Shown piece after piece: positions 38,468-48,441 of a stretch of 64,000 nt of DNA. Source of the stretch: a bacterium (GTDB lineage: Bacteria; Patescibacteriota; Patescibacteriia; UBA1558; UBA10009); the NCBI GenBank assembly GCA_018672055.1, contig JABHGM010000001.1:672977-736976 (forward strand). Reading direction: 5' to 3'. How positions within the stretch are numbered: position 1 is the stretch's first letter; each line of letters starts with the position of its first letter. The position numbers were made by a program, and so were the translations under genes. The notes below the pieces were generated by a model that was not told where the DNA came from, did no database searches, and saw only the letters and a list, made by a program, of their open reading frames with translations.

Positions 38468-39230
38468 TTAATATTTCAAAGCCAAATTTTTTAGAAAAAT
38501 ATCTATTTGTAAATTTATCTAAAAACTTAGTTATTCTATTAAACGCTTTACCTAGCAATTTAAATATACTATGTATATATTTTAATCTAAAAATTCCATA
38601 AGCAAAGTAAAAACCATCTTCATTAATTATTTCTAAACCAGCTTCATTATATAATCTACGTAATTCTTTCTTACTATATGATTTTTCATAACCGTAAGTA
38701 TATTCTTTTCTATGAAATAACTTATACAAAGTATGTGGTAAGTTAAATAAATTAACACCTGATACTATAATAACTCCACCTGGCTTTAAAATCTTTGTCA
38801 TTTCTTTAATAGCTTTCAAATCATTAGGTAAATGTTGTATAACTACATCGCTTATTATTAAATCAAAATAATCTTCTCTAAACTCTAAATTATATACATC
38901 TGCTTTTTTAACTTCAACATTAGTTAAATTCAATTCATTTTTTAATCTTTCGATAAATTTAACTGATGAATCAACAATATCAGTAATAGTAACTTGAGCA
39001 TCTGGAAATTCTTGAGCTATTTTTAAACCATATCTTCCAGTTCCACCACCAATTTCAATAACCCTATTAAAATTATTAGGAAAATGTTTTTTAAATACAG
39101 GATATCCTTCAATAAATAAGCGACTACTAAATATCATTTTAGGAGTAGTCTTGTCTTCTTGTTGCCATACTTTACTCCAAATATTATTTACTTGATCTTG
39201 TTTTATATGTTTTTCTTTAACCATAACCAT
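38451..39230 (-). CDS. Class I SAM-dependent methyltransferase
   Basis: Motif I VIEIGGGTGRYGLKIA, motif post-I ITDIV. Confidence 0.75.
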   Translation of the reverse strand: MVMVKEKHIKQDQVNNIWSKVWQQEDKTTPKMIFSSRLFIEGYPVFKKHFPNNFNRVIEIGGGTGRYGLKIAQEFPDAQVTITDIVDSSVKFIERLKNELNLTNVEVKKADVYNLEFREDYFDLIISDVVIQHLPNDLKAIKEMTKILKPGGVIIVSGVNLFNLPHTLYKLFHRKEYTYGYEKSYSKKELRRLYNEAGLEIINEDGFYFAYGIFRLKYIHSIFKLLGKAFNRITKFLDKFTNRYFSKKFGFEILIVGKK

Positions 39231-40702
39231 GATTCATAATATTTTCTACCAAATACTTTATCTAATAAATAAATTGAAATAAAATATATTATAATACCAA
39301 AAATAATATATAATACTAAAATAAAAGGATTAGTTATTAAAAATATACTTTTTAAAGTATGCATTATATTAAACATAATTAAACTTGCAATTATAGGTAA
39401 ACTAATTATATTAAAAAACCCCTTAAATCCTAATTTAATTGTATGTTTAATCTTAAAAAATAAAATTGACTGTGAAATAAGTAAACTACTAGCTACAGAT
39501 AAAGCAATACCAACAACTCCAAACATCTTGGCCAGTGGCACTATTAACGAGAACATTATAATTGATTGAATAGTTAAAATATATGTATTAATTTTAGGTT
39601 TTCCTATACCTAGAAATAATGGATTAACAATAAGTTCAAATGATCTAAGAATAGCTATTATTAATACAATGTTTAATATAGGAATCATAGCTGTCCACTT
39701 AGATCCATAAACTATATAAACAATTTCATTATTTAAAGTAAATATACCTATTAAAGCGGGAATAATGAATGCATAAAGAACTCTAAATAATCTTATAAAT
39801 GAACTTTTTAATAACTCAAGATCATTTTGAATTTTGGAAAAGAATGGAAATAAAACATTACCCATTACTTTAGATATTTCAGTTGATGGTAAAGTACCAA
39901 GTGATAAAGCTAAAGAATATAAACCAAGATCATATGTAGTAAGCAACTTACCTATCATAATAGCATCACCTTGTCTTGTGATAAAAGTAATAATTCCAGC
40001 AAGACCTATCCATTTGCCAAATTTAAATAATTGCTTAGTAACTTCTAAATTAAATTTAAATCTAGGTCTGTAAGAATGAAAAACATATGATAATATAATA
40101 TCTGCAAATTTACCAAAAGCAACACCTATTAATAATGCCCAAGGACTTCTTAAATAGAAAGCTGCTATTATTACAGCACTTATTTCAATAAATACAGCTG
40201 ATATATCATAGAAAAACTTTTTATTAAATCTCAACTCTTTATTTAATAAAATAACACCAATATTCTGGAATCCTTCAAAAAATACTATAATAGCTAAAAC
40301 CTTTATAAAAGGTATAACATTTATATTATTAAAAAATCCAGCTGCCAAATTAGGAGCTATAAAAAATAGAACTAAAGCAACTAAAGTATTACGTAAAATA
40401 TTTACAGTCCATGCTCCATTTAAATACTTACTATTTGATTCTTTATGATGAACTAATGCAGTATTAAAACCATGTTGAAATATTGTTCCGACAAATGTCA
40501 TTGTTAAACTTGCTAAACCGAATAAACCAAAATCTTCAGGAAATAAAAGTCTAGCCAAAATTATAGTTTTAATAAGTTGTAAACTTTTAATTAATACTCG
40601 GCTTAATAATACTAAAATACTGCCACGTGCAACCTGTTGACCAGTGTCATCAGTAGTTTTCCAAATATTAAAAAACCTATTTTTTAAATCTTTAAGCTTC
40701 AT
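39203..40702 (-). CDS. Wzx-type polysaccharide flippase (MOP superfamily)
   Basis: 499 aa with ~14 TM helices, the polysaccharide biosynthesis protein family architecture. Confidence 0.7.
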   Translation of the reverse strand: MKLKDLKNRFFNIWKTTDDTGQQVARGSILVLLSRVLIKSLQLIKTIILARLLFPEDFGLFGLASLTMTFVGTIFQHGFNTALVHHKESNSKYLNGAWTVNILRNTLVALVLFFIAPNLAAGFFNNINVIPFIKVLAIIVFFEGFQNIGVILLNKELRFNKKFFYDISAVFIEISAVIIAAFYLRSPWALLIGVAFGKFADIILSYVFHSYRPRFKFNLEVTKQLFKFGKWIGLAGIITFITRQGDAIMIGKLLTTYDLGLYSLALSLGTLPSTEISKVMGNVLFPFFSKIQNDLELLKSSFIRLFRVLYAFIIPALIGIFTLNNEIVYIVYGSKWTAMIPILNIVLIIAILRSFELIVNPLFLGIGKPKINTYILTIQSIIMFSLIVPLAKMFGVVGIALSVASSLLISQSILFFKIKHTIKLGFKGFFNIISLPIIASLIMFNIMHTLKSIFLITNPFILVLYIIFGIIIYFISIYLLDKVFGRKYYESWLWLKKNI

Positions 40703-41738
40703 TTTTTAATTGTTTTCTTTCATTTATAAATTCTATTCTGTTTTCTGGACAAATACTACACATACGATTTTGTCCACGATTAGTATTGATTTGATTTCTT
40801 AATTTATTATACCTACTACCTTTCCAGATTTTTTTAAGTGATGTTTCAAATACATTACCCATAATATATTGAGAAAATAAATCATAACAACAAGGTACTA
40901 CATCACCATTAACATTAATTGCTGCTACACCTAATACTTGATCACAATGATTTGTAATTTTACCCTTTAATATAAACTGATCATTTTCATCTTTCTCATA
41001 ACGACTAAACTTTTGATCATTTGGTAAAAATTTCTTAGCCATCAGCTGCATATCTGGTGTATCATAAAGAAATATAGTTTTAGCAGCAAAGATATCTACA
41101 CCTAATTCCTTAGCAAATTCTTCCATTCTTTCTTTTTGATGCTCATTATGTTTCATTACTAAAAACTGTAATTCAATTTTAGGTAACTTTGAATTAGCTT
41201 TTTTCTTTGTAGCCATCATCATTTTAATATTATTTACTTCATTTTCGTAATTAGCACCTACTCTATACTGTTCTAATGTTTCTTGGTCTAAACCATCTAA
41301 ACTAATTATTAAATGTTTTAATTTACTTTCAATTATTCCATCACATAACTCTTGTTTATCTAATAATTGAGCATTAGTACTCATCTTTACATTAATTCCA
41401 GCATCAGTTGCATACTTTGCCATTTTAAACACCTCATCATTTAATAATGGTTCACCATAGTTAAATAAAAACATCTTATTAACATAACCTCTTACTTGAT
41501 CAATAATATACTTAAATCTATCAAAACTCATTAGTTCTGGTTTTCTATTTAGTCTACCTGAACCCGTTGGACATAAAGGACATCTTAAATTACAATAATT
41601 TACTGGTTCAACAAGTAAAGTAAAAGGAAGAGGCGGTACCATATCTTTAACTCCAAGTTTTCTTAGTAACTTAAACCAGAATAAATCAAATTTACCTTGT
41701 ATTAATAACTTAATAGCATTCTTTATTTTATTTATCAT
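40692..41738 (-). CDS. Radical SAM enzyme with C-terminal SPASM-like Cys cluster
   Basis: CNLRCPLCP (Cx3Cx2C) radical-SAM cluster near the N-terminus. C-terminal cysteines (...HCDQV...VPCCYD...CSICP) are consistent with an auxiliary-cluster SPASM/twitch domain. Confidence 0.7.
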   Translation of the reverse strand: MINKIKNAIKLLIQGKFDLFWFKLLRKLGVKDMVPPLPFTLLVEPVNYCNLRCPLCPTGSGRLNRKPELMSFDRFKYIIDQVRGYVNKMFLFNYGEPLLNDEVFKMAKYATDAGINVKMSTNAQLLDKQELCDGIIESKLKHLIISLDGLDQETLEQYRVGANYENEVNNIKMMMATKKKANSKLPKIELQFLVMKHNEHQKERMEEFAKELGVDIFAAKTIFLYDTPDMQLMAKKFLPNDQKFSRYEKDENDQFILKGKITNHCDQVLGVAAINVNGDVVPCCYDLFSQYIMGNVFETSLKKIWKGSRYNKLRNQINTNRGQNRMCSICPENRIEFINERKQLKNEA

Positions 41739-42643
41739 ATTAATATATCATTTATTTTTAATTTATTAGTTGACTCATAGTCATTTATTATTAGTAATCC
41801 ATCTTTTAACTTAATAACTGGTTTATCATCTATTACTTTTACTACTTCACCTATTTTACCATCTATATCCTCTTCATGTATTAAAGCTTTCCAAATAGTA
41901 ACTTTATTCTCTTTATTATAGCAGAAAGCGCCAGGAAATGGTTTAGTAACACCTCTAATTAAATTATATATTTCTCTTAACGTATTATTAAAATCAATTT
42001 TACCATCAGAAGGAGTTCGTTTAGGATAGTATGTTGACTTACCAGACTGCTTAGTTAATTTAATATTATTCTCTTTATATGCAGTTAATAGTTCTTTTAA
42101 TTGAACTTTAGCAGTTTCAATAGATTTTTCTTGTAGATTTGATATATCATCTAACTCTTCAATATTAAAATCCATAATATTAAATATAGGGCCTTCATCA
42201 GCACCAGTACCATATTTAAATAAATGATTATGAATTACTTTTCTATCTTCGATAATAGACCAATTAAGTGGTGACCTACCTTTACCTTCTGGTAAATACT
42301 TAGAACTACCATGAAAACCAAATACACCTGACTCAAATTTACTTAATATATTATCTGGTATTAAACGTTGCCAACCATATGATATTCCTATACTAAATTC
42401 ATTTGAATTAAAAAATTCTAAATCCTTTTTATCTTTTAGCTCATAATCATTTAATGCCAAATATTCAATATTATATTTAGAAGCTATACCTCTTAAATTC
42501 TGAAAACCTGATATATGATGCTTTTTAACACACTCTTCATCTAAAGAAACTAATAGATCTATTTTATAGCCTTCACTAATTAAATAATCAATTACTTTCG
42601 AAGAAGTACTCTTAACACCAAAAAATGTAATATTATATTTCAT
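41735..42643 (-). CDS. Formyltransferase-family protein, predicted sugar N-formyltransferase
   Basis: FHGSSKYLPEGKGRSPLNWSII matches the N10-formyl-THF transferase catalytic motif (cf. ArnA/Fmt HGSLLPxxRGxAPxNW). It sits beside FdtA-like and DegT genes. Confidence 0.65.
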   Translation of the reverse strand: MKYNITFFGVKSTSSKVIDYLISEGYKIDLLVSLDEECVKKHHISGFQNLRGIASKYNIEYLALNDYELKDKKDLEFFNSNEFSIGISYGWQRLIPDNILSKFESGVFGFHGSSKYLPEGKGRSPLNWSIIEDRKVIHNHLFKYGTGADEGPIFNIMDFNIEELDDISNLQEKSIETAKVQLKELLTAYKENNIKLTKQSGKSTYYPKRTPSDGKIDFNNTLREIYNLIRGVTKPFPGAFCYNKENKVTIWKALIHEEDIDGKIGEVVKVIDDKPVIKLKDGLLIINDYESTNKLKINDILI

Positions 42644-42645
42644 AA

Positions 42646-43407
42646 CTATTTATATAACTTTCTGAAACTTTGACAATCATGTTTCATAGTTTCAATAAAC
42701 TCTGTACTCTTTTGTTTAATTAAAATATCAAAAGCATCTAAATTTTCCTTATACCCTTCATTTGACCATTCATATGCGTGTGTCAATAACTGAGCTTTTT
42801 TAATATCATCATTAATCATATCTAGTGGATAGCCATAAGGCCATCTTTTTTCTGGTAACTTATTTGATTCAGCTAAATACAAAACATCTAATTTTTTATC
42901 TGCATCATCACCATTATATGTAAAGAACTCACTATTATATGGATTAATTATCCCTTCAATCCTAATATCTTTCTCTAAGACAGCTACTGGTGGTCTATGA
43001 TATGAAAAACGATCAATCTTCATGCCTAAACCATTTTCCATAACTTCAATTTCATTTTTAATTATTTTAGCGTAATCATTACCAGTTTTACTTTCTAAAT
43101 AAATATGTAAACCAATCTTATGACCTAATTTATGAATTTCATTTATTAAATCATGATTACTCTTTGAGAATATATTATATGCATTATTTCTAAGTTGAAC
43201 AAAGTAACTTGTTGAAATTCCCATTTCATTTGCTTCAAACTTTGCAAATTCATAGGCTCTTTCTATTGAAAACTCAACATCATGTCTTAAAACTAAAAAC
43301 TTTTCAGTTTCTTTATTAATCTCTGAATAATCCATTAAAGGTAAATACTTAGTAAGCCCTTCAATTATATTTTTATATTCTCCATACGAGAATGATTCTT
43401 TAAGCAT
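42646..43407 (-). CDS. Hypothetical protein (possible divergent deacetylase/hydrolase-like)
   Basis: 253 aa; the His/Asp-containing segments LRHDVEF and HKIGLH weakly recall metal-dependent hydrolases, but no firm family assignment. Confidence 0.35.
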   Translation of the reverse strand: MLKESFSYGEYKNIIEGLTKYLPLMDYSEINKETEKFLVLRHDVEFSIERAYEFAKFEANEMGISTSYFVQLRNNAYNIFSKSNHDLINEIHKLGHKIGLHIYLESKTGNDYAKIIKNEIEVMENGLGMKIDRFSYHRPPVAVLEKDIRIEGIINPYNSEFFTYNGDDADKKLDVLYLAESNKLPEKRWPYGYPLDMINDDIKKAQLLTHAYEWSNEGYKENLDAFDILIKQKSTEFIETMKHDCQSFRKLYK

Positions 43408-43409
43408 AA

Positions 43410-44270
43410 TTATTTATTTATAATTATTAAGTAATGTAATATATATCTTAATTTAAATATATTCTTAAACCAAGCTTTTTTAAAATATGTTCTAGCATTT
43501 AAATAATCTTTATTTTCTCTATAAAATAAAGCAAGTTGAAAATAATGTTTAGCTAGAATTTTTGGTATAGTATTATATTCATCAATATATTTTTCTATAA
43601 TCATTTTTCTACCACTTATCTTTTTTACTATATTACTACCAATATGATCATGTCCTTCTTTCATATTTAAATAAACTAAAGGTTTGTTAACTCCTAAACC
43701 TTTAAATTTTCTAGTTACTCTTATCATTAAATCAGGCTCTTGATGACTAACAAAGTTTATATCAAAATTACCAACTTCATCAAATACATATTTCTTAATA
43801 ATTAAAGTAACTGTTAAAAACCCTTTAAATCTTCTTAAGACAAGCTCATGATAATCAGCAACTCCTTCAGAAACTGAAGTATTTTTTTTATTATTATTTC
43901 CATAATCACACTCAACAGCACAAAAACAAAATCCAACATCTCTTCCTGTCTTTTCAAATTCTTTCATCTGTATTTCTAATTTATTTTCAAACCAAGCATC
44001 ATCATCATCTAAAAATGCAATATATTCACCTCTAGCATGTTTAAGACCCGTATTTCTAGCTGCTCCACCACCTTTATTTACTTCATGTTGAACATATTTA
44101 ACTCTTTTGTCATCTATCTCATTAATTACTGATTCTGCTCTAATATCCACACCATCATCAACTACAATAACTTCTAAATCAGTATATGTTTGATTTAAAA
44201 CAGAAAGCACAGAATCTTTAATTAATTCTGGTCTATTAAATGTTGGGATTATAACAGAAACTTTAGGCAT
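43410..44270 (-). CDS. Family 2 glycosyltransferase
   Basis: VSVIIPTFNRPELIKDSVLSVLNQTYTDLEVIVVDDG; DDD motif. Confidence 0.8.
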   Translation of the reverse strand: MPKVSVIIPTFNRPELIKDSVLSVLNQTYTDLEVIVVDDGVDIRAESVINEIDDKRVKYVQHEVNKGGGAARNTGLKHARGEYIAFLDDDDAWFENKLEIQMKEFEKTGRDVGFCFCAVECDYGNNNKKNTSVSEGVADYHELVLRRFKGFLTVTLIIKKYVFDEVGNFDINFVSHQEPDLMIRVTRKFKGLGVNKPLVYLNMKEGHDHIGSNIVKKISGRKMIIEKYIDEYNTIPKILAKHYFQLALFYRENKDYLNARTYFKKAWFKNIFKLRYILHYLIIINK

Positions 44271-45276
44271 GTTTTAAAATATTTTCTAATTTATTAGTTT
44301 GGTCTTGCCACTTAGGCATACTTAAAATATGATTATAGCCATTCTCAGCAATTTGCTCTCTTAAATCTTTATCTTTTACCAATAGTTCTAATTTATCTCT
44401 TAAATCATTCTGATCTTTTCTGCTAGCTACCATAGCTGTTTTATTTTCAAAAGCATAATCTCTTGATCCACCATTGTCATATGTTACTAAAGCACATTTA
44501 CAAGCCATAGCTTCCATTGAAGGAAGTCCAGAACCTTCATCCCATGATGGGCATAAAAAGATATTACAACTTGAATAAAGATCTTTTAATTTGCTTTGAG
44601 ATAAATTATAGTGATATTCATCACATGGTATATCTATATCTTTTTTTCTAACCCCAAATAATACTAGTTCAATATGAGGATAATTATTTTTTAAATCATT
44701 TACTATTTTAATACCAACCTTAGAACCTTTCCAATCATAATCATGATGTAGTAACAATATTCTTACTTTATTTAAATCTCTTTTACTTTTAACTTTATGA
44801 AATTGATTTAAATCTATAGGATTTAATAATAGCTCAGAATCTTGATTAAAATCATTTTTAACTATTCCTTTAAGCCAAGTAGATACAACTATTTTTTTAA
44901 ATGGCAAATTAAATACTTTTTCAACTTCTTCTTTATTACCATGATATAATCTTTCATCATGTTGAATAAAATGAATTTTCTTTCCTTTTAACTTATTAAT
45001 ATCATTTACATTATTCCAAGCAGAGGCGATTATAACATCAGACTCAGGAATATATTTATCACTAATTTCTTTTACTTTTATTATTCTACCTTTAAACTCT
45101 TTGAACCATTTAGGTTTATGTAAAATTAAATTTGAAATATTTCTGGTTAAAAAGCGTGAGTTCTTTACAATTACTTTTACCTTATAACCACGTTCAGCTA
45201 AAAAATGAGCATACATTAATATAATACGTACACCTCCAGATATTTTTAAATGTGGTAATAAAAAATTAATTCTCAT
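44263..45276 (-). CDS. Glycosyltransferase family 4
   Basis: GT-B C-terminal motif ...SWDEGSGLPSMEAMACKCALVTYDNGG. Confidence 0.7.
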   Translation of the reverse strand: MRINFLLPHLKISGGVRIILMYAHFLAERGYKVKVIVKNSRFLTRNISNLILHKPKWFKEFKGRIIKVKEISDKYIPESDVIIASAWNNVNDINKLKGKKIHFIQHDERLYHGNKEEVEKVFNLPFKKIVVSTWLKGIVKNDFNQDSELLLNPIDLNQFHKVKSKRDLNKVRILLLHHDYDWKGSKVGIKIVNDLKNNYPHIELVLFGVRKKDIDIPCDEYHYNLSQSKLKDLYSSCNIFLCPSWDEGSGLPSMEAMACKCALVTYDNGGSRDYAFENKTAMVASRKDQNDLRDKLELLVKDKDLREQIAENGYNHILSMPKWQDQTNKLENILKHA

Positions 45277-46304
45277 AACTCATTTATTAATTTATTTACT
45301 ATTATCTTTGATAAACACTTTTCTTTAAACAATTTATATCCATTATCAGCTATATCTCCTCTTAACTTACTATCATTCCTAAGTAATAGTATTTTTTCTA
45401 CTAAATCTTTACTATCTGCCTGATTACATAATAATATATTTTCTTTATCTTTAAATAATTCATTAATTGCAGGAGTATTAGCAGTAATAACTGCCTTTTG
45501 CATAGCTATTGCTTCATATACTTTATTTGGTATTACTCTAGTTGTTTTTTGACCCTTTCCAAATATACCTAAACAAATATCAGATTGACTAATATACTTT
45601 GTTAAATCGGAATATGATTGCTTCGAAATAAAATTTATATTATTTACATCTAACTTACTAGCTAGTTTAATTATTTTATCATGTTCTTGCCCAGAACCAA
45701 CTAAATTAAATTTAATATCCTTATATTCTTCTAAAGCTTTAGCTGCTTCAATAATATATTCTATTCCTTGCAATGGAATATATTTACCATGGAAATGAAT
45801 TACAAAACTATTACTTTGTTCTTTAACTTTTGGCAAAAAAACAGATTCATCACTACCAACTAATACTTTAATATATTTATTTCCTCCAAAAGTCGTTTTA
45901 AAATATTTAATATGCTCATTTGTATCAAGTAATACTTTATTTGCTAACTTAATACTTAACCAATCAAGCAACCAATAATACTTAGATTTAAAACTATTTC
46001 TAGAAACTAACTTCTTATCATTAACCCAAGAATCATATAATGAATAAAAAGCATCCCAAATAATTGGTTTATTACTTATTAACTTAGCAATAGGTACCAT
46101 AAATTGATTATCTGAATAACCAACTATTAATTGATCGTATTTATTTTCAACATCTTTATGTTTATTAATTAACTCTTTAATACTCTTAGCATTAACAAAA
46201 AGTACTTCTATATTATTCTCCTTAAAACCTTTTATTAAAACTCTATTCCTAGAATAATTAGGATCAAAATCTCCAAAATAACATATTGTATTTATACTAC
46301 TCAT
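45273..46304 (-). CDS. Glycosyltransferase, group 1-like (GT-B)
   Basis: GT-B fold pattern; 343 aa; overlapping boundaries with both neighbours. Confidence 0.6.
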   Translation of the reverse strand: MSSINTICYFGDFDPNYSRNRVLIKGFKENNIEVLFVNAKSIKELINKHKDVENKYDQLIVGYSDNQFMVPIAKLISNKPIIWDAFYSLYDSWVNDKKLVSRNSFKSKYYWLLDWLSIKLANKVLLDTNEHIKYFKTTFGGNKYIKVLVGSDESVFLPKVKEQSNSFVIHFHGKYIPLQGIEYIIEAAKALEEYKDIKFNLVGSGQEHDKIIKLASKLDVNNINFISKQSYSDLTKYISQSDICLGIFGKGQKTTRVIPNKVYEAIAMQKAVITANTPAINELFKDKENILLCNQADSKDLVEKILLLRNDSKLRGDIADNGYKLFKEKCLSKIIVNKLINEL

Positions 46305-47743
46305 TAATTTGCTTCTTTCTTTTTAATAAAAAACGATAGTAAAGCTTTAAAACCAGATGATAATATCTTTAAATCATCAAGTGATCTTATGCTAAGTAAT
46401 TTTTTAAAAATATACTTAGGTCTAAAGTAGAATCTTCGATACATGTGCTTATACAACTTCTTAATTTCATCAGCTGTTAAATTTTCTAATCTCATAACTG
46501 GCTTAGCTAAAGTGTAATCATCCCATTCATAGGTTAAAATTAAATCTTTAGACTTTGCCCAATCAAACATATCAGTTCCAGGAAAAGGTGTAGTAATATT
46601 TACAACAATTAAATCTGGATCCATTTTAATTGCAAACTTAGTATTTTTCTTTAAAATTTCCATATTATCTCCAGGGTTACCTACCATAAATGCTAAACGA
46701 CATTCTATACCAACTTGCTTAGTCCATTTAACTGCATTTTTAACTTGATCAATATTTATTTTCTTATTTATATTTCTTAAAACGCCTTCATCAACATTTT
46801 CTACACCATACATAATCTGATGGCAGCCAGAATCTTTCATCTTCTGAAGCATTTCTTTATCAATAAAATCTACTCTAGCAAAACAAGTCCATGATATATC
46901 AATATTATTTTCAAGTAATAGATCACATAACTTAACTACATTCTCTTTAAAAACAGTAAATGTATCATCATAGAAAAGTATTTGCTTTATGCCCCAATTA
47001 TCTATTAAATACTTAATCTCTTTAAATATAACCTCAGCTGATTTAAAAACTAATATATTACCTAAAGTCTTACTACAAAAAGTACATCTTCCAGGACAGC
47101 CACGTGAAGTCATCATGCTCATTGCTGGTAACCTTTTATATGAGCCTTTAGCTGGCTTATACTTTAGAACTGGTAATAAATCATATGCAGGAATTGGTAA
47201 TTCATCTAGCTTCATTATTCTATTTCTTGGCTTATTCTTAATTACTTCACCATCTTTCTTGTAAACAATGCCATCTATTTCTGAAAGTTCTTTTCCTTTA
47301 ACTATTTCAGTAACAGTTAATTCACCTTCACCAATTACTACAATATCAACACTTTCTTTAGCAATAACTTCATCAGTTACAAAAGTAGCATGAACTCCAC
47401 CAAACATTACTACAGCATCAGGATAATATTTTTTACATATCTCAGAAATTAAATATGCCTTTTTTATTGTACAAGTCATAGCAGTTAATCCAATATATTT
47501 AATTGACTCATACTTATTAACAAATTCTTTCTCAAAATACTCAGAAAATGATTCAACAGAAGGAGAATATACATTACAATCAACTATCTTAACTGAAAGA
47601 TCTTGCTCTCTTAAATAACCAGCAATAAAAGCTAATCCAAGAGGTGGAAAATTTGAATTAATTTCCTTCCATATATTTTCCTTATCTTCGTAAAATATGG
47701 GAGGAGATATTAATAAGCAATCAAGTTGTTTCTTCTCATTCAT
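46304..47743 (-). CDS. B12-binding domain radical SAM enzyme (class B rSAM)
   Basis: N-terminal cobalamin-binding-like Rossmann region (LDCLLISPP...PPLGLAFIAGYL) followed by MTSRGCPGRCTFC (Cx3? non-canonical CxxxxCxxC spacing of class B rSAM) and a TIM-barrel region. Confidence 0.75.
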   Translation of the reverse strand: MNEKKQLDCLLISPPIFYEDKENIWKEINSNFPPLGLAFIAGYLREQDLSVKIVDCNVYSPSVESFSEYFEKEFVNKYESIKYIGLTAMTCTIKKAYLISEICKKYYPDAVVMFGGVHATFVTDEVIAKESVDIVVIGEGELTVTEIVKGKELSEIDGIVYKKDGEVIKNKPRNRIMKLDELPIPAYDLLPVLKYKPAKGSYKRLPAMSMMTSRGCPGRCTFCSKTLGNILVFKSAEVIFKEIKYLIDNWGIKQILFYDDTFTVFKENVVKLCDLLLENNIDISWTCFARVDFIDKEMLQKMKDSGCHQIMYGVENVDEGVLRNINKKINIDQVKNAVKWTKQVGIECRLAFMVGNPGDNMEILKKNTKFAIKMDPDLIVVNITTPFPGTDMFDWAKSKDLILTYEWDDYTLAKPVMRLENLTADEIKKLYKHMYRRFYFRPKYIFKKLLSIRSLDDLKILSSGFKALLSFFIKKKEAN

Positions 47744-48441
47744 TATTTAAATAAATTATATTTTATAATATGCCAAAATGCAGCAATACCATCTTTCCAA
47801 TTGATCTTTTTACCCTCTTCATATGTTCTACCATAATATGAGATACCAACTTCATAAATTCTGAACTTACCTTTAGAAACAAGAGCTGTTATTTGAGGTT
47901 CAATACCAAATTTCTGAGCACTTAACCTATCTTTTAAATAATCAATTGCTTGCCTATTAAATGCCTTATAGCAAGTTTCCATATCAGTTAAAGTTAAATT
48001 AGTAAGCATATTAGAAAATGTAGTCAGCACTCTATTCCCTACTGAATGCCAGAAATACAAGACACGATGTGGTTTACTACTAATAAAACGTGAACCATAT
48101 ACAACATCAGCTTTATTTTCTAAAATTGGACTTAAAACATCAATGTATTCTTTAGGATCATATTCTAAATCAGCATCTTGAATTATTAAGATATCCCCTG
48201 TTGCTTCTTTAAAACCCAGAGTAATTGCAGAACCTTTACCACCATTTTCATCTTTCAGTATAACTTTATACTGATCCGTAAGCATTTTTAATATATCTCG
48301 AGTACCATCAGTTGATTTATCATCAATAATTATTATTTCTTTTTCAATATCTGGAAGTTCAACAGACTCTACTAATTTAAGTAATTTATTAATAGTATTT
48401 TTTTCATTATATACAGGAATTATAATTGATAGTTTTTTCAT
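47743..48441 (-). CDS. GT2 polyprenyl-phosphate glycosyltransferase (Dpm1/ArnC/GtrB-like)
   Basis: LSIIIPVYNEKNTINKLLKLV...IIIIDDKSTDGTRDIL...IIQDADLEYDP is a short (232 aa) Dpm1-type GT2. Confidence 0.8.
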   Translation of the reverse strand: MKKLSIIIPVYNEKNTINKLLKLVESVELPDIEKEIIIIDDKSTDGTRDILKMLTDQYKVILKDENGGKGSAITLGFKEATGDILIIQDADLEYDPKEYIDVLSPILENKADVVYGSRFISSKPHRVLYFWHSVGNRVLTTFSNMLTNLTLTDMETCYKAFNRQAIDYLKDRLSAQKFGIEPQITALVSKGKFRIYEVGISYYGRTYEEGKKINWKDGIAAFWHIIKYNLFK

